Shown one piece after another: positions 46,919 to 59,336 of a stretch of 59,722 nt of DNA. Made by a program: the position numbers and the translations under genes. The notes beneath the pieces were generated by a model that ran no database searches, was not told the origin of the DNA, and was given only the letters and a program-made list of their open reading frames with translations. Origin of the DNA: an uncultured Aminicenantes bacterium (GTDB lineage Bacteria > Acidobacteriota > Aminicenantia > UBA2199). The DNA lies in NCBI GenBank assembly GCA_965195285.1, contig CBDAFS010000050.1:1-59722 (forward strand), written 5' to 3'. Positions within the stretch are counted from its first letter, which is position 1; each line of letters starts with the position of its first letter.

Positions 46919-48198
46919 ATCCCCTGGGACATCATTTTTATAAAATCTTTATTGGATTTGGTTTTCGACATTTTTTCAATCAGTAATTCCATGGCCTCCA
47001 CTTCGGACATCTGTGAAAGCACCTTTCTGAGCACCCAGATCTTATTAAGGTCATTACTTTCAATCAGCAATTCTTCTTTACGGGTACCGGACCGGAACAG
47101 GTCAATGGCCGGGTAAACCCGTTTATCAACCAAGCGTCTGTCCAGATTGATTTCCATGTTTCCGGTACCTTTGAACTCCTCAAAAATGACGTCATCCATT
47201 CGACTTCCGGTATCAACCAGGGCTGTGGCCAGAATGGTCAAACTTCCTCCTTCTTCGATGTTACGAGCGGCACCAAAGAATTTTTTGGGCTTGTTTAGAG
47301 CATTGGCATCAATACCTCCGGAAAGCACTTTACCTGAAGAGGGAGTAATGGCGTTATGTGCCCTGGCCAGTCGGGTAATGGAGTCCAGCAATATGACCAC
47401 GTCTTTGCCCATTTCCACCATCCTCTTGGCTTTTTCCAATACAATATCAGCCACCTTGGTATGCCTGAGCGGGATTTCATCAAAAGTTGAAGCAATGACC
47501 TCGCCATTCACGTTCCGGCTCATATCAGTAACTTCTTCGGGCCGCTCATCAATCAATAACACAATTAAAATGACATCCGGGTGATTGATTTCCAGAGATT
47601 TTGCAATACTCTGCAGGATCATGGTTTTCCCGGTTCGGGGAGCTGCCACAATCAATCCCCTCTGGCCTTTGCCGAGTGGAGTCAATAGATCCATGACACG
47701 GCCGGACATATTTTCGGGCCCAGTTTCCAGTATGATCTTTTCTTCGGGATAAAGGGGGGTCAGCTTTTCAAATTTCTTGTTTTTTCTGAGCACGAGTACA
47801 TACTCCGGATCCTCAAAATTGATCGCTTCAATGGATAACAGAGCAAAATATTTTTCCCCTCCTTTGGGTGGCCTTACTGAACCGGAAATGGTATCACCGG
47901 TGCGAAGATCAAATTTGTTGACCTGGGAGGGGGAAACATAAATATCCTCTGAACTGGACAAATATGCGTATTCCTGAAAGCGTAGAAACCCATATCCTTC
48001 GCTATGGATTTCAATAACGCCTTCGGCAAATAGCTTTCCATTGGCACTGGCCTGTGCATTTAGCACATTAAAATACAGTGAATTTTTGTCTTTTATGTCC
48101 ACATTCTCAAGCTCAAATTGCTTAACGATTTTCTTGAGATCCTCAACTTTCATAACCTGCAAGTCTTTTAATAAATACATTTTTGCTCCTTTAGTCAT
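46915..48198 (-). CDS. rho: Transcription termination factor Rho
   Basis: [31 protein letters not shown] and [11 protein letters not shown]. Confidence 0.98.
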   Translation of the reverse strand: MTKGAKMYLLKDLQVMKVEDLKKIVKQFELENVDIKDKNSLYFNVLNAQASANGKLFAEGVIEIHSEGYGFLRFQEYAYLSSSEDIYVSPSQVNKFDLRTGDTISGSVRPPKGGEKYFALLSIEAINFEDPEYVLVLRKNKKFEKLTPLYPEEKIILETGPENMSGRVMDLLTPLGKGQRGLIVAAPRTGKTMILQSIAKSLEINHPDVILIVLLIDERPEEVTDMSRNVNGEVIASTFDEIPLRHTKVADIVLEKAKRMVEMGKDVVILLDSITRLARAHNAITPSSGKVLSGGIDANALNKPKKFFGAARNIEEGGSLTILATALVDTGSRMDDVIFEEFKGTGNMEINLDRRLVDKRVYPAIDLFRSGTRKEELLIESNDLNKIWVLRKVLSQMSEVEAMELLIEKMSKTKSNKDFIKMMSQGM

Positions 48199-48261
48199 TG
48201 GTTTATTGTATTTGGCTGTGAAACATTTAAATTTACAAACTGTCTGTCATTTCACTCATTC

Positions 48262-48873
48262 TCATTTCGCTGCAAACAATGCTTCTTCTATATACTCAAA
48301 AATATTTTCTTTGTAGTGAGTAGATTTAATTGAAAATGGAATTGCATACAAACCAAACTCTTTTTGATATTTAAGGGTTTGATTTTTTAAATGCGAACGT
48401 GAAATTTTATCACTCTTTGTAAGAATTGTCAAGATATTATAATTTTTTTGGGTTATTTTTGAAAGCAATTCAATATCTGAGTCCATGAATCCCCTTCTGG
48501 AATCAATGAGGATGATTACCAGGGCCACGCCCTCGATTTGCTCAAAAAAATAAGAAATCAACTTTTTAACCCGCTGGCTTTCCGTTTTTGAAATCCGAGC
48601 ATAGCCGTACCCGGGCAAATCAACAAAATAAAAATCATCATTGACCAGAAAATAATTGATGCTGACAGTCTTTCCGGGCCTGGAGCTGGTTCGGGCCAGG
48701 TGCTTTCGATTGCACAGGGTATTGATCAAGCTAGATTTTCCCACATTGGATCGGCCTATAAAAATAATTTTCGCCCTGCCATCACTGAGAATTTCAGCCT
48801 GGTTAAAAGCGGTTTTAACAAGGGTAACCTTCTTTATTTTCATGGCTGATGATTTGTTCGCTTTATTTGACAT
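48262..48873 (-). CDS. engB: Ribosome biogenesis GTPase EngB/YihA/YsxC
   Basis: GRSNVGKSSLIN, DLPGYGYA and TKSDK. Confidence 0.96.
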   Translation of the reverse strand: MSNKANKSSAMKIKKVTLVKTAFNQAEILSDGRAKIIFIGRSNVGKSSLINTLCNRKHLARTSSRPGKTVSINYFLVNDDFYFVDLPGYGYARISKTESQRVKKLISYFFEQIEGVALVIILIDSRRGFMDSDIELLSKITQKNYNILTILTKSDKISRSHLKNQTLKYQKEFGLYAIPFSIKSTHYKENIFEYIEEALFAAK

Positions 48874-48903
48874 TAAACCAACAAATAAAACAAGGCCAGG
48901 TAT

Positions 48904-51234
48904 TTACTGTATTTTTGAATTCAAAAACGGCTTGATGACCTTGCTGTTGATATTTTTTATTTTAATCGGCTTTTCCAATACCATATCCAAGACTTCATCC
49001 ATATTATCCACCAGATGTATCTTGATTTCCTCCAAAATATCCGAGGGAATATCTTCGGCCATATCTTTCTTATTCTCTACCGGAATCAATACGTTTTTAA
49101 TACCGTATCGATGGGCCGCAATTATTTTTTCTTTAATCCCACCTACCGGGAGCACTTTCCCCCTCAGAGTGATCTCACCGGTCATGGCATAGTCCGAAAT
49201 CACGGGAATTCCGGTTAGCAGGGAAATAATGGAAACAGAAAGCGTCACTCCTGCGGAAGGGCCCTCTTTCGGAACCGCACCCTCGGGAATGTGGAGATGA
49301 ATATTATAGCCTTCCAGCAATTCGGTATCCATATCCAGCTCTAACAATTTCAATTTGGCATAGCTGAAAGCAGCTGATGATGATTCCTTCATGATTTCAC
49401 CCAGCCTTCCGGTCATGATCAAATCTCCCTTTCCCTTCAGAAAACGGGATTCAATAATCAGAATATCTCCACCCGATGCTGTCCAGGCCAGTCCCATGGC
49501 CACTCCGATTTCATTCTGGCTTAATCGCTTTGAGCGGATAAATTTCTGTACACCCAGAAATTTCTTGAGCTGACTCTCTTTCAATTCAATCTTGTCAAGT
49601 TCCTTCTTGGATTCCCTGGCTTCAACCACTTGCCTGGCAATTTTTCGCATAATAATGGCGATCTCACGTTCAAGATTTCTGACTCCAGCTTCACGAGTAT
49701 ATTCATTAATCACTTTCAGAATGATGTCATCACGGATAAGGATATTACCAGGATCCAGGCCATTTTTACTGGCCTGTTTTTTTATCAGAAAATCTTTCGC
49801 AATATGCATTTTTTCCCTTTCGGTATAACCGGATATTTCAATGACTTCCATCCGGTCCTTTAGAGCCGGGGGAATGGGATCAACGGTATTGGCTGTGGTG
49901 ATGAAAAAGACCTGGGACAGATCAATCTCAAGATCCAGATAGTGGTCTACAAATTCGGCATTTTGATCCGGATCCAGAACCTCCAGAAGAGCCGAAGCCG
50001 GATCCCCTCGGAAATCCGAACTCAATTTGTCCACTTCATCCAGCAGAAAAACAGGGTTGATATATTTGGCTTTTTTCAATCCCTTGACGATTTGACCGGG
50101 ATAGGAACCGATGTAGGTTCTTCGATGCCCCCTGATTTCGGCTTCGTCTTTTACACCGCCAAGGGATATTCTGACAAATGCCCGGTCCAAGGCCCGGGCA
50201 ATGGATTTGGATAAGGAACTTTTACCCACTCCCGGCGGACCCACAAAGCAGAGGATTTCCCCTCCTGCTTTTTTCACCAGTTTCCTGACAGCTAGATAAT
50301 CAAGGATTCGCTCTTTTACCTTGAATAACCCGTAGTGATCTTCATCCAGTATTATCGATGCCTTTTTAATATCATTGTTTTCATCTTTTACTTTTTGCCA
50401 TGGAATGGCAATCAACCAGTCCAGATAGTACCTGGATACTGTGCTCTCGGCTGAATATGGGGGCATCATGGATAAGCGTTCCAGCTCCTCATCGGCTCTT
50501 TTCTTCACATATCCCGGCAAATCTGCATTCCTTATCTTTTTGCGGTATAGTTCAATATCATTATCCTGCAGATCCTCCCTGCCCCTTTTTATTTCGGTCT
50601 CTCCATTTGCCTTTAATTTGAATATCTCTTTTTTCAGGATATTGAATATTTTCAATCCCCGCTTGTAGACATCGAGTTCCTCCAGCAACAATTGCTTTTG
50701 TTTGACATCCAGATTGATCACCGATGAAATAATATCGGTTATTTCCGATATTTCATTGGAATGCAGCTTGGTAATAATACCGTGTAATTTGATCTTCTTC
50801 AGACTGATGTACTCCTCAAAAACAGACACCACATTTTTTGACAGTTCATAGAGATTTCTTTCCTTGGGAATTATTTCCTTTAATACAGATACCTTTACCA
50901 TATAATGATTATCTTTTTTTATATACTCCTGAATAATACCCCTTTCCAGTCCCTGAATGACCACCCGGTAGCTTCCATTGTTCTGTTCTGCGGATTTTTC
51001 AATCCTGGCCACCACACCGGTTCGATAGATCTCCTCCTGGGCCGGTATCTCACTCATTTGGTTTTTCTGTACCGATAAAAATATGAAATTATCATATTTT
51101 TCCATGGAATATTTCAGGGCATTAATCGACCAGTCACGGCCCACCAGAATGGGAATGATGGTGGCCGGAAAAGTAACCAATTCCCGCAATGGAATCAGCG
51201 GGAGCATAAATTCTTTTTTTTTCAGGCTATCCAT
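48904..51234 (-). CDS. lon: ATP-dependent protease La (LonA)
   Basis: [25 protein letters not shown] and GGIKEK. Confidence 0.97.
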   Translation of the reverse strand: MDSLKKKEFMLPLIPLRELVTFPATIIPILVGRDWSINALKYSMEKYDNFIFLSVQKNQMSEIPAQEEIYRTGVVARIEKSAEQNNGSYRVVIQGLERGIIQEYIKKDNHYMVKVSVLKEIIPKERNLYELSKNVVSVFEEYISLKKIKLHGIITKLHSNEISEITDIISSVINLDVKQKQLLLEELDVYKRGLKIFNILKKEIFKLKANGETEIKRGREDLQDNDIELYRKKIRNADLPGYVKKRADEELERLSMMPPYSAESTVSRYYLDWLIAIPWQKVKDENNDIKKASIILDEDHYGLFKVKERILDYLAVRKLVKKAGGEILCFVGPPGVGKSSLSKSIARALDRAFVRISLGGVKDEAEIRGHRRTYIGSYPGQIVKGLKKAKYINPVFLLDEVDKLSSDFRGDPASALLEVLDPDQNAEFVDHYLDLEIDLSQVFFITTANTVDPIPPALKDRMEVIEISGYTEREKMHIAKDFLIKKQASKNGLDPGNILIRDDIILKVINEYTREAGVRNLEREIAIIMRKIARQVVEARESKKELDKIELKESQLKKFLGVQKFIRSKRLSQNEIGVAMGLAWTASGGDILIIESRFLKGKGDLIMTGRLGEIMKESSSAAFSYAKLKLLELDMDTELLEGYNIHLHIPEGAVPKEGPSAGVTLSVSIISLLTGIPVISDYAMTGEITLRGKVLPVGGIKEKIIAAHRYGIKNVLIPVENKKDMAEDIPSDILEEIKIHLVDNMDEVLDMVLEKPIKIKNINSKVIKPFLNSKIQ

Positions 51235-52439
51235 TTTTTCCCTTTCAGGAATTCAAAATCGATTACAATTTTATCCATTTTCTCTTTTTTTGAAGGAATT
51301 TCAAACATGAGGTCCATCATCAATTCTTCAAAAATGGCTCTCAATCCCCTTGCCCCCACTTCACGGTTAATGGCCTCCCGGGCAATACGCTTCAGGACAT
51401 CCTGGGAAAATTCAATTTCAACCCCATCCAGTTCAAATAGGTATTTGAATTGTTTGGTAATGGCATTCTTGGGTTCGGTCAGAATGCGATACAATTGATT
51501 CCGGTCAAGCTCTTCAAGAATTCCAATCACCGGCAAACGCCCCACAAGCTCCGGAATAAGTCCATAGCGAATCAGGTCTTCGGTATGTACCTTGTGAAAA
51601 ATATCTTTCTTTTCTATTTCAGAATCTTGCTTTCCTAAATTAAATCCAATGGTATTTTTTTTCATTCTGGATTTGATCAATTTATCCAGACCCACAAAAG
51701 CGCCGCCGACAATAAACAGAATATTATGGGTGCTTATTTTCAGAAATTCCTGATGGGGATGCTTCCGCCCTCCCAGAGGCGGTACATTGGCCACAGTACC
51801 CTCGATGATTTTCAAAAGTGCCTGCTGTACCCCCTCACCCGACACATCTCGGGTGATGGACGGATTTTCGCTACGCCTGGATATCTTATCAATTTCATCG
51901 ATGTATATGATTCCCTTTTCCGCCTGTTCTTTGTTTTCCCCGGCAGCCTGGTACAGTTTCAAAAGAATATTTTCAACATCCTCACCAACATAGCCCGCTT
52001 CGGTCAAAGTGGTGGCATCGGCAATGGCAAAAGGCACATCCAGAATCTTGGCCAGGGTTTCAGCCAGCAAGGTCTTGCCGGTACCGGTAGGCCCGATCAA
52101 CAGTACATTACTTTTGTTGATCTCCATCTCGCCCAGTCGATCATCATGCTGGATGCGCTTGTAATGATTGTAAACGCCAACTGCCAGCTTTTTCTTGGCC
52201 ACATCCTGAGCAATGATATACTGGTCCAGTTTTTTCTTGATTTCCTTGGGTACCATGGGTTTCTGCTTTTTTTGCTCCGGAGATTTGGACACTTCAATGG
52301 ATTTGAATATGAGATGATAAGCGGTTTTGGTACACTCGTCACAGATAAAAACATCAGGGCCTGCAATCAATTTATATGCACTGGACTGTGGAATGCCGCA
52401 AAAACTGCACCTGGATTCTTTTCCGGTTTTATCCTTCAT
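51222..52439 (-). CDS. clpX: ATP-dependent Clp protease ATPase ClpX
   Basis: CSFCG zinc finger, [18 protein letters not shown] and IGF loop. Confidence 0.98.
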   Translation of the reverse strand: MKDKTGKESRCSFCGIPQSSAYKLIAGPDVFICDECTKTAYHLIFKSIEVSKSPEQKKQKPMVPKEIKKKLDQYIIAQDVAKKKLAVGVYNHYKRIQHDDRLGEMEINKSNVLLIGPTGTGKTLLAETLAKILDVPFAIADATTLTEAGYVGEDVENILLKLYQAAGENKEQAEKGIIYIDEIDKISRRSENPSITRDVSGEGVQQALLKIIEGTVANVPPLGGRKHPHQEFLKISTHNILFIVGGAFVGLDKLIKSRMKKNTIGFNLGKQDSEIEKKDIFHKVHTEDLIRYGLIPELVGRLPVIGILEELDRNQLYRILTEPKNAITKQFKYLFELDGVEIEFSQDVLKRIAREAINREVGARGLRAIFEELMMDLMFEIPSKKEKMDKIVIDFEFLKGKKWIA

Positions 52440-53040
52440 CTTTTTCAGTTTTTATTTTTTTTCTTTCAGTGATCACTTTATCAATAATACCATATTCCAG
52501 TGCTTCTTGTGAATTCATGATAAAATCCCTTTCAATATCGATTCCGATCCGAGACACTTTCTGACCGGTAAGCTCGGATAGTATTTTGATGGTATTTTCC
52601 TTGATTTTTTTCATTTCCTTGGCCTGAATCAGAATATCGGTTGCCTGCCCCTGGAATCCTCCCATGGGCTGGTGAATGATAACCTTTGAATTTGGCAAGG
52701 CAAAGCGCTTCCCTTTTGAGCCTGCGGCCAGAAGAATTGCAGCCATGGATGCAGCCTGTCCAATGCATATGGTCACCACATCGTTTTTAATGAATTTTAT
52801 GGTATCGTATATCGCCATGCCCGAACTGATGACCCCTCCGGGGGAGTTGATGTAAAGTGAGATATCCTTCTCCGGATCATCAGCCTCCAGAAACAGCATC
52901 TGAGCAATGACCACATTGGCAATGTTGTCATCCACCGGCGATCCCAGAAATATAATACCGTCCTTCAATAAACGGGAATATATATCATAGGCCCTTTCCA
53001 CATTACCACTTTGTTCAATAACTACAGGTATTAAAGCCAT
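52429..53040 (-). CDS. clpP: Clp protease proteolytic subunit
   Basis: [20 protein letters not shown] and HQP. Confidence 0.98.
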   Translation of the reverse strand: MALIPVVIEQSGNVERAYDIYSRLLKDGIIFLGSPVDDNIANVVIAQMLFLEADDPEKDISLYINSPGGVISSGMAIYDTIKFIKNDVVTICIGQAASMAAILLAAGSKGKRFALPNSKVIIHQPMGGFQGQATDILIQAKEMKKIKENTIKILSELTGQKVSRIGIDIERDFIMNSQEALEYGIIDKVITERKKIKTEKDEG

Positions 53041-53041
53041 G

Positions 53042-54382
53042 TCAAACCTCTTTTATTTTTGCTTTTTCCTTGATAAAACTCATCAGTTTAACTCTGAGCA
53101 ATGATTCCTTTAATTTTTCCTTCTCATCCGAATTCAGATAGTACTTTCTGACTTCAGCCAGAGGAAAATTGTTGCGTTCCGCAATCAATTTGTATTCTTT
53201 CTCCAGTTCATCATTGCTAACTTCAATCTTGGATTCCCGTTGAATGGCATCGAATATCAGAGAGAATTTTATGTTTTTTTTCACATCCTGAATCATTGAG
53301 TCCAGGTATTCCTTTTGCTTCTTTTCATCCATCCCCTTGATCAGGGGGGCATGCTGGGATTGAATCCGGACCATCTCCTGTTCCACAATGGTTTGGGGTA
53401 TGGGAAAATCAACCATTGTAGTCAGCTTATCGACAACGAAGGAATTAACTTTCTCCTCTTTCTGGGACTTCTCATATTGGTCATATTCCTGTTTTATTTT
53501 TTCTTTAAATAATTTTTCATCATCAAATCCAATGGATTTTAAAAACTCAGCATTGAATTCCGGTTGCTTCATCTCAAATATATTCTTGATCTCCACATAA
53601 TGCTCAATTGTCTTCCCGGCCCATATTTTTCGTATATAATCTGCGGGATACTTTCGGTTAAAAATTATTTTATCATTCATTTTTTTGGAGATGATCTCCG
53701 GGTACAAATCAGCAATCTCCGAGTCTGAATCCTGATTAACCGTGAAGGTCATTTCTTTTTTTTTAAGCATTTTCTTGGTATCCGTAAACTTTGATTGGAC
53801 CACCAGAATCAGGGTGTCACCATTTGCAACCGGTCGGTCTTTGACCGGAATTCTTCTCTTGTTTCTTTCCAGAACTGCTTCGATCTGTTTCTGTTCATCA
53901 AAGGGTTCAATCTTCAGATCCTTCTTGAAAACCTTAACTTCCAGCTTAGAGAGATCGGGAGCCTTTACTTCCGGGAACACCTCAACCATTACTTCGGCCT
54001 TCAGATCCTGCCCTTCCTGGTAATCCAGCTTTTCGATCATGGGCCTGGAAGCAATTCTCAATTTATCTTTTTGAATTTTTTCATAAATAAAATGTTCCAC
54101 AATCTTATTCAAGGCCTCATCACTAATGGCTTTGTTGTATCGTTTTTTGATAATATCGACCGGTACATTTCCTTTTCGGAAACCAGGTAATTTGATATCA
54201 GTGGAATAATTCCGGGCCACCTCATCAATTTGCCGGTTGATTTCCTGCCCGGGGACAGTGATGCTGAATTTAACCAGCAGTTCTTTTTTTGATACATTTC
54301 CGTCCTCTACTACTTTTTGCTTTGAAATCCCGTTCCCGGTCTTGTCCGTTATCGGGGAAATATTATTGGAATCATCTGTCAT
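53042..54382 (-). CDS. tig: Trigger factor
   Basis: PGFRKG ribosome-binding motif; tig-clpP-clpX-lon synteny. Confidence 0.93.
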   Translation of the reverse strand: MTDDSNNISPITDKTGNGISKQKVVEDGNVSKKELLVKFSITVPGQEINRQIDEVARNYSTDIKLPGFRKGNVPVDIIKKRYNKAISDEALNKIVEHFIYEKIQKDKLRIASRPMIEKLDYQEGQDLKAEVMVEVFPEVKAPDLSKLEVKVFKKDLKIEPFDEQKQIEAVLERNKRRIPVKDRPVANGDTLILVVQSKFTDTKKMLKKKEMTFTVNQDSDSEIADLYPEIISKKMNDKIIFNRKYPADYIRKIWAGKTIEHYVEIKNIFEMKQPEFNAEFLKSIGFDDEKLFKEKIKQEYDQYEKSQKEEKVNSFVVDKLTTMVDFPIPQTIVEQEMVRIQSQHAPLIKGMDEKKQKEYLDSMIQDVKKNIKFSLIFDAIQRESKIEVSNDELEKEYKLIAERNNFPLAEVRKYYLNSDEKEKLKESLLRVKLMSFIKEKAKIKEV

Positions 54383-54484
54383 GTCTAAACACCCCTAGGC
54401 CTCAGTTACATTCATGATATCCCTTTCGGTTTCAATCTCTGACCATGGCCAATTTTTAAAAATAGACTCTTATCCATATCAAAA

Positions 54485-55381
54485 TTACACACCTTTGTCA
54501 ACCGTAATTTTTTCAATATCTTTCCTGATTTGCTTCACCAGTTCATGCCGAGCATGAAATTTAATTTCATCCCTGATCTTCTTCAAAAATAAAATTCGGA
54601 CCGGCTTTCCGTATATCCGTTCATTGAAACCAATAATATGGGTTTCGACAGCCATGGTTCTCTCCCTGAAAGTGGGCCGGTAACCGATGTTGGTAATCGA
54701 ATCATATACATTTCCATGGATTTCCACCCGGGTTCTAAAAACTCCCGTTGGCAGGATTAGGTTGGCAGCCTTTATATTCACAGTTGGAAATCCGAGCTGC
54801 TTCCCCCTCTTCTCTCCACGGGTAACCTTTCCTCCCATGAAATATTCCCTGCCAAGCATTTCATTGGCTTCTTCAACTCTGCCCTCATTTAATTTTTGAC
54901 GTATCAGCGAACTGGATATCAACATGCCCTTCAGAAATACCGGTTCCACCACCGAAAGACCAAAACCATACTGGTGAGAAAACCGTTCAAGAGAATCAAT
55001 ATCATTTTGATGTTTATATCCGAATCTGAAATTGCGTCCCACCACAATATGGGCCATATTGAACCGTTCCAGCAATATATCCTGGATAAACCGCTCCCCG
55101 GCCATCTGGCAAAAATCTTTGAAATCCAGAACAATCACCCGGTCAATCTCCAGAGACTGTAATAATTTCTTCTTCTCGGCTTCCGGAATAATTAATTTCT
55201 GTTTCGGATTAAAATAGAGTTTGGGATTGGGGGAAAAAGTCAGAATAATGGAAACCAGTTTTTTCTGCCTCGCTATTTTCATCAAGGCCTGGATAATTTC
55301 TTGATGGCCCAGGTGGTAGCCGTCAAAATTTCCAATGGCAATAATACTTGTGGCTTTTTCAACCGGTTTTGTAAAATTCAT
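54485..55381 (-). CDS. ribF: Bifunctional riboflavin kinase/FAD synthetase
   Basis: GNFDGYHLGHQ, ISSSLIR, LGFPTVN, NIGYRPTF and ETH. Confidence 0.97.
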   Translation of the reverse strand: MNFTKPVEKATSIIAIGNFDGYHLGHQEIIQALMKIARQKKLVSIILTFSPNPKLYFNPKQKLIIPEAEKKKLLQSLEIDRVIVLDFKDFCQMAGERFIQDILLERFNMAHIVVGRNFRFGYKHQNDIDSLERFSHQYGFGLSVVEPVFLKGMLISSSLIRQKLNEGRVEEANEMLGREYFMGGKVTRGEKRGKQLGFPTVNIKAANLILPTGVFRTRVEIHGNVYDSITNIGYRPTFRERTMAVETHIIGFNERIYGKPVRILFLKKIRDEIKFHARHELVKQIRKDIEKITVDKGV

Positions 55382-55384
55382 ATA

Positions 55385-56356
55385 TTATTGCTGATGAAGT
55401 GGGACCGGATCTTTCACCAGGTCCGAATTGATTATCATATTCTCATTATGAATCGGTCTGAGGGGGGTGAAAAAAGTAAAGACAAATAACAGGATCAGGA
55501 ATAATATGAAAACATGAAGAATATGCTTTATTTTTTCCGTACTGGTTGATCTCAATTCTTCGAAAACCAACTCATCCAGTTTGTCTGTTTTGATTTTGGC
55601 CTTTTTTTTAATGATTTTCTTCCTGATCAGACTATACAGACTTTTGTAAACTTTATACTCGGTAAATACACCCAATTCTACCAGATCCCGGACCGAATTC
55701 TTGCCATTGATATATTTCAATATACTGGCTTCGGTTTCACTGATGGATACCTTATCTTCCGTATCTACCTCATCCTCATCCTCATGAACAATCTCAATAT
55801 TCCGGACCTCTATTTGAATGGGCTCGAAGACCAGATTATCATTAGGAATCAATTCCTTAATCAAGGGCCATTCATCCAACATCTGAACCCCTTCCATAAT
55901 CAAATTATCGGTGGGAATCGGAGCAATGGTTCTGAGACTGTTATCCAGTGAATCCATTATTTTAAAATTATACTCACCCTTTTTCCATTTAAACAGGGAC
56001 AGAATCACCTCAACTGCCTGATTTTTCAGGGCTTCGGCAACGGTATCCTGGCCGATCAAGCCCATGCTTAGCAGAATTTCTCCGATTTTTTGATTGGTTC
56101 GCTTCTGAATCACCAGTGCCCGGTCCAGCATTTCATTGCTGACCAAATCCTGTTTGACCAGTACGTGCCCCACCCGGGTCTCCAGCTTTTTGGGAAAGGC
56201 ATCCACACCCGCGATCATCCCGTTTTCGAAAATAAGCGTAATGAATCCGTCCGAGCTGGTAAAAGTTAAAATTCCGGTTTTCTTCTGCAGGGAAATCAAT
56301 TGTAGGATATCCGGAACCTTGAATTCTTTTAAAGTCCCCTTAAATGCCATTTTCAT
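55385..56356 (-). CDS. DUF4388 domain protein with C-terminal TM helix
   Basis: FKGTLKEFKVPDILQLI..KKTG, KIGEIL and LFKWKKGEYNF. Confidence 0.87.
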   Translation of the reverse strand: MKMAFKGTLKEFKVPDILQLISLQKKTGILTFTSSDGFITLIFENGMIAGVDAFPKKLETRVGHVLVKQDLVSNEMLDRALVIQKRTNQKIGEILLSMGLIGQDTVAEALKNQAVEVILSLFKWKKGEYNFKIMDSLDNSLRTIAPIPTDNLIMEGVQMLDEWPLIKELIPNDNLVFEPIQIEVRNIEIVHEDEDEVDTEDKVSISETEASILKYINGKNSVRDLVELGVFTEYKVYKSLYSLIRKKIIKKKAKIKTDKLDELVFEELRSTSTEKIKHILHVFILFLILLFVFTFFTPLRPIHNENMIINSDLVKDPVPLHQQ

Positions 56357-58094
56357 TTCCCCTTAGTGCATAGATATTTAAAATAAAATACAGCATAATT
56401 GCCAATCCTCCGATGAAATTGATGAACACGGGCAGGGTTAAAAATATCTTTCTTATCATAAAATAATTCACCAGAAAATAACCAATTAAAAAGTAAAACA
56501 ATCCGGAAAATATCATAAACCGCCGCTGTTGATCGGTATACATCAACTTCAATCCCGGTATAATGAAGGATAACAGCAGGATGAAAAGGGTTTTTTTTCT
56601 GGATCTTTTGGCCAGCTCCTTTTCCTTCAATATTTTTGCTTCCAAAAATATGACATCCTTTATCATAAACAATTGATAACAATCATTGCATAGTTTATAG
56701 GACCTGTGGACAGAGGCTTCCTTGATTATTTTGGAACACTTGGAACAATAGGTACTTTTCCCCAGGTTAGAAAACAACCTCGGGATCATGAAAATATAGA
56801 TCATGAAAATAAAAAGGCAGTAAATAACGGGGAGAGTCAGGAAATTTTTCAGAACATTTCCGGAAAAATTCCACAAATTAAATCGGGGACCGTTCAGATT
56901 GATCAGTCTTCTCCATAAAAACATCTGGCTCAGCTGGATATCTTTTAGATTCAATACATTATTCTTGTATTCGTCAATTTCCGTGTAGCGCTTGGCCCAG
57001 GATTTAAAAACTTCCGGGTTGTTATTTTTCAACAATACCATGGTGAAATTATTAAGGGCAATATCACAGGAATCATCAAGGCTCAGCGCCATTTGGAAAT
57101 ACTTAATGCTTTCGGAGATATTTTCAAATTTATAATAAATATTCCCAAAGAGAATATATTTGAATTTGTTGCGGTAACTTTCACCGGTTGATCTCAATAT
57201 ATCCTCGGCAACCTTCAGTTGATCCTGTTCATAATAAGAAATTGCCTGCAAAACCTTCATTTCAGGATCAAATTTTTCATAATCCTTTTTTTTAAACAGG
57301 TGCCCTTCAAAAACCTGCCTTATAATTTTAAATGAATCCTTCTGGTAATGGTTTTTGATCACCAAGTTGAAACTGTATAAAACCGATCCGACCGCAATCA
57401 TTATTATCAGAAAAACAACACTTCTCTTTTCTTTCTCGCTCAAATACTTCCACAGGAATCCGATAATTAAAAATGGATAGATTGCCCAGCCTGAAAAAAT
57501 AATTATCGGCCACAACATCATCAGGGCCATAAATGCAACCTTCATGATCGAAAAATTGGCACCCTGTTCAATCAACAAATCATTTCCGGCCAAGTTAAAA
57601 TAGTGGATAAACTGAAAGAGTGCCATTATAAAGAGGATCAGCAGGCTGGCAAAAAACATCATATTGAAAAAACCATTAATTAGCAGATAGGAGGCCTCGA
57701 AATCCTTTAATATCATTGAAAACTGGCGGAAAGTATTTTTTAAGTTAAATACGAGGCTGCCATTTTTTCTGTATATATCCTCCAATTTGTTATAGATATA
57801 CCAGTAATCCGGAGAAATCCCTATTACCCGTTTGTAGAAAATTTCCGCCAGTTCATATTTCTTTAGAGAGAAATAATGATCACCGAGATTTATATAGGAA
57901 CCGGCAATTTCTTTTTGATCACTTCGTTTGACCATGCTGATATCAATGGCATTCAAACTTTTCAAAACCAGGTCATAATTCTTTATAGAGTCATAAAAAT
58001 ATATTTTTTTCAATTCACCCCAGGGATTGGCTTCAGGAAAAATTGAGAAAACAAAACAAAAAAATAATATGACGAATACTATTTTTTTCTTCAT
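56340..58094 (-). CDS. Membrane protein with TPR repeats and Zn-ribbon
   Basis: TPR-like segments, multiple TM helices, CSKC...CNDC. Confidence 0.75.
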   Translation of the reverse strand: MKKKIVFVILFFCFVFSIFPEANPWGELKKIYFYDSIKNYDLVLKSLNAIDISMVKRSDQKEIAGSYINLGDHYFSLKKYELAEIFYKRVIGISPDYWYIYNKLEDIYRKNGSLVFNLKNTFRQFSMILKDFEASYLLINGFFNMMFFASLLILFIMALFQFIHYFNLAGNDLLIEQGANFSIMKVAFMALMMLWPIIIFSGWAIYPFLIIGFLWKYLSEKEKRSVVFLIIMIAVGSVLYSFNLVIKNHYQKDSFKIIRQVFEGHLFKKKDYEKFDPEMKVLQAISYYEQDQLKVAEDILRSTGESYRNKFKYILFGNIYYKFENISESIKYFQMALSLDDSCDIALNNFTMVLLKNNNPEVFKSWAKRYTEIDEYKNNVLNLKDIQLSQMFLWRRLINLNGPRFNLWNFSGNVLKNFLTLPVIYCLFIFMIYIFMIPRLFSNLGKSTYCSKCSKIIKEASVHRSYKLCNDCYQLFMIKDVIFLEAKILKEKELAKRSRKKTLFILLLSFIIPGLKLMYTDQQRRFMIFSGLFYFLIGYFLVNYFMIRKIFLTLPVFINFIGGLAIMLYFILNIYALRGNENGI

Positions 58095-58095
58095 T

Positions 58096-58347
58096 TTAGT
58101 TTCCTTGTTTGATTTTATTTTGATAGACCTTTTTTAAATTGCCCAATATGTCTTTCATGAATTTCTCTTCTTCAACACTTAAATTACCTGCAGTCTTTTT
58201 TTTTAAAACTTCCACCAGATCGATGAATATTTTGGCACTGGGCAAGTTCAGATAGGTGGACTTGGTCAGTGGATCCACAATCTCACCGAGATTGATCATG
58301 CTCTGGGTGGCCAGCAAGGTCACAATCGCTTTGATATCTCTTTTCAT
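58096..58347 (-). CDS. DUF1844 domain protein
   Basis: LGEIVDP...AKIFID...KTAGNLS.EE. Confidence 0.85.
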   Translation of the reverse strand: MKRDIKAIVTLLATQSMINLGEIVDPLTKSTYLNLPSAKIFIDLVEVLKKKTAGNLSVEEEKFMKDILGNLKKVYQNKIKQGN

Positions 58348-58464
58348 CTCATTCTGTGCAACTCAAAATAAAAAAAGACACTACCCATTGACTTTAAACC
58401 TTGTCATCAGGAATATTTTCCTTTATGCTTATTACTTATACCATTTATTTAAAAAAAAAACAAG

Positions 58465-59313
58465 ATGAAAGAATTTGACAGGTTACTGAAAATCATGGAT
58501 AAGCTGAGAAATCCAGACACGGGTTGCCCCTGGGATCTGGTCCAGACCGAAATCACACTGACCGAATACCTACTTGAAGAAACCCACGAATTAATCGAAG
58601 CCATTGATAGCCAGAACTGGGAAAATCAACTGGAGGAACTCGGCGATTTAATGCTGCAAATTGTTTTCCTGGCCCGAATCCAACGTGAAAAAGGAAATTT
58701 CAACATCAAGGACGTCCTGAATCGAATCAACCGGAAGCTCATTAACCGGCATCCCCATGTGTTCTCAAACATCCGGCTTCACACTCCCGACCAGGTTAAA
58801 TCCAATTGGGAAAAACTTAAAAAAGTCGAAAAAAATAATTCCAGTTTCATATCCGAATACCCCAAGTCAACACCAGCATTGCTAATATCAAAAAAAATTG
58901 GCGAACAGGCAGCCAGTACCGGTTTTGACTGGCCGGATTCCCCCCCTGAAGCACCCGCAGCCCTTAAAGCCCTGGATAAACTGCTAGAGGAAATCGGAGA
59001 GCTCCGGACAGCCATTCTTTCAGAGGCCAGCACCGTTTCCGAATTCCCTGCCCAACCCAACCCCTCTCAACAGCACCAACTGACCGAAGAAATAGGTGAC
59101 ATCCTGTTTGCGGTTTCCAATATTGCCCGTCATCTAAAAATCAATCCGGAATTTGCCCTGAAGAAGACCAATGAAAAGTTTAAAAGACGTTTTCGTTTCA
59201 TTGAAACAGAACTGAAAAAAAGGGGCAAAGACATCCAGGACTCAACCCTTGAAGAAATGGAAGCCCTCTGGAATCAGGCCAAAAACCAAACCAATACCAA
59301 AGCTGATGATTGA
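58465..59313 (+). CDS. mazG: Nucleoside triphosphate pyrophosphohydrolase MazG
   Basis: GCPWD, EELGDL, RHPHVF, GFDW, EEIGDILF and KFKRRF. Confidence 0.96.
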   Translation: MKEFDRLLKIMDKLRNPDTGCPWDLVQTEITLTEYLLEETHELIEAIDSQNWENQLEELGDLMLQIVFLARIQREKGNFNIKDVLNRINRKLINRHPHVFSNIRLHTPDQVKSNWEKLKKVEKNNSSFISEYPKSTPALLISKKIGEQAASTGFDWPDSPPEAPAALKALDKLLEEIGELRTAILSEASTVSEFPAQPNPSQQHQLTEEIGDILFAVSNIARHLKINPEFALKKTNEKFKRRFRFIETELKKRGKDIQDSTLEEMEALWNQAKNQTNTKADD

Positions 59314-59336
59314 AGTTTTAGCTGCAGTCTCGGGTA

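Noticed and set aside
51726-52472. 248-aa + strand ORF and similar antisense ORFs over lon, rho and hppA
   Set aside because: These are antisense shadows of conserved housekeeping genes.
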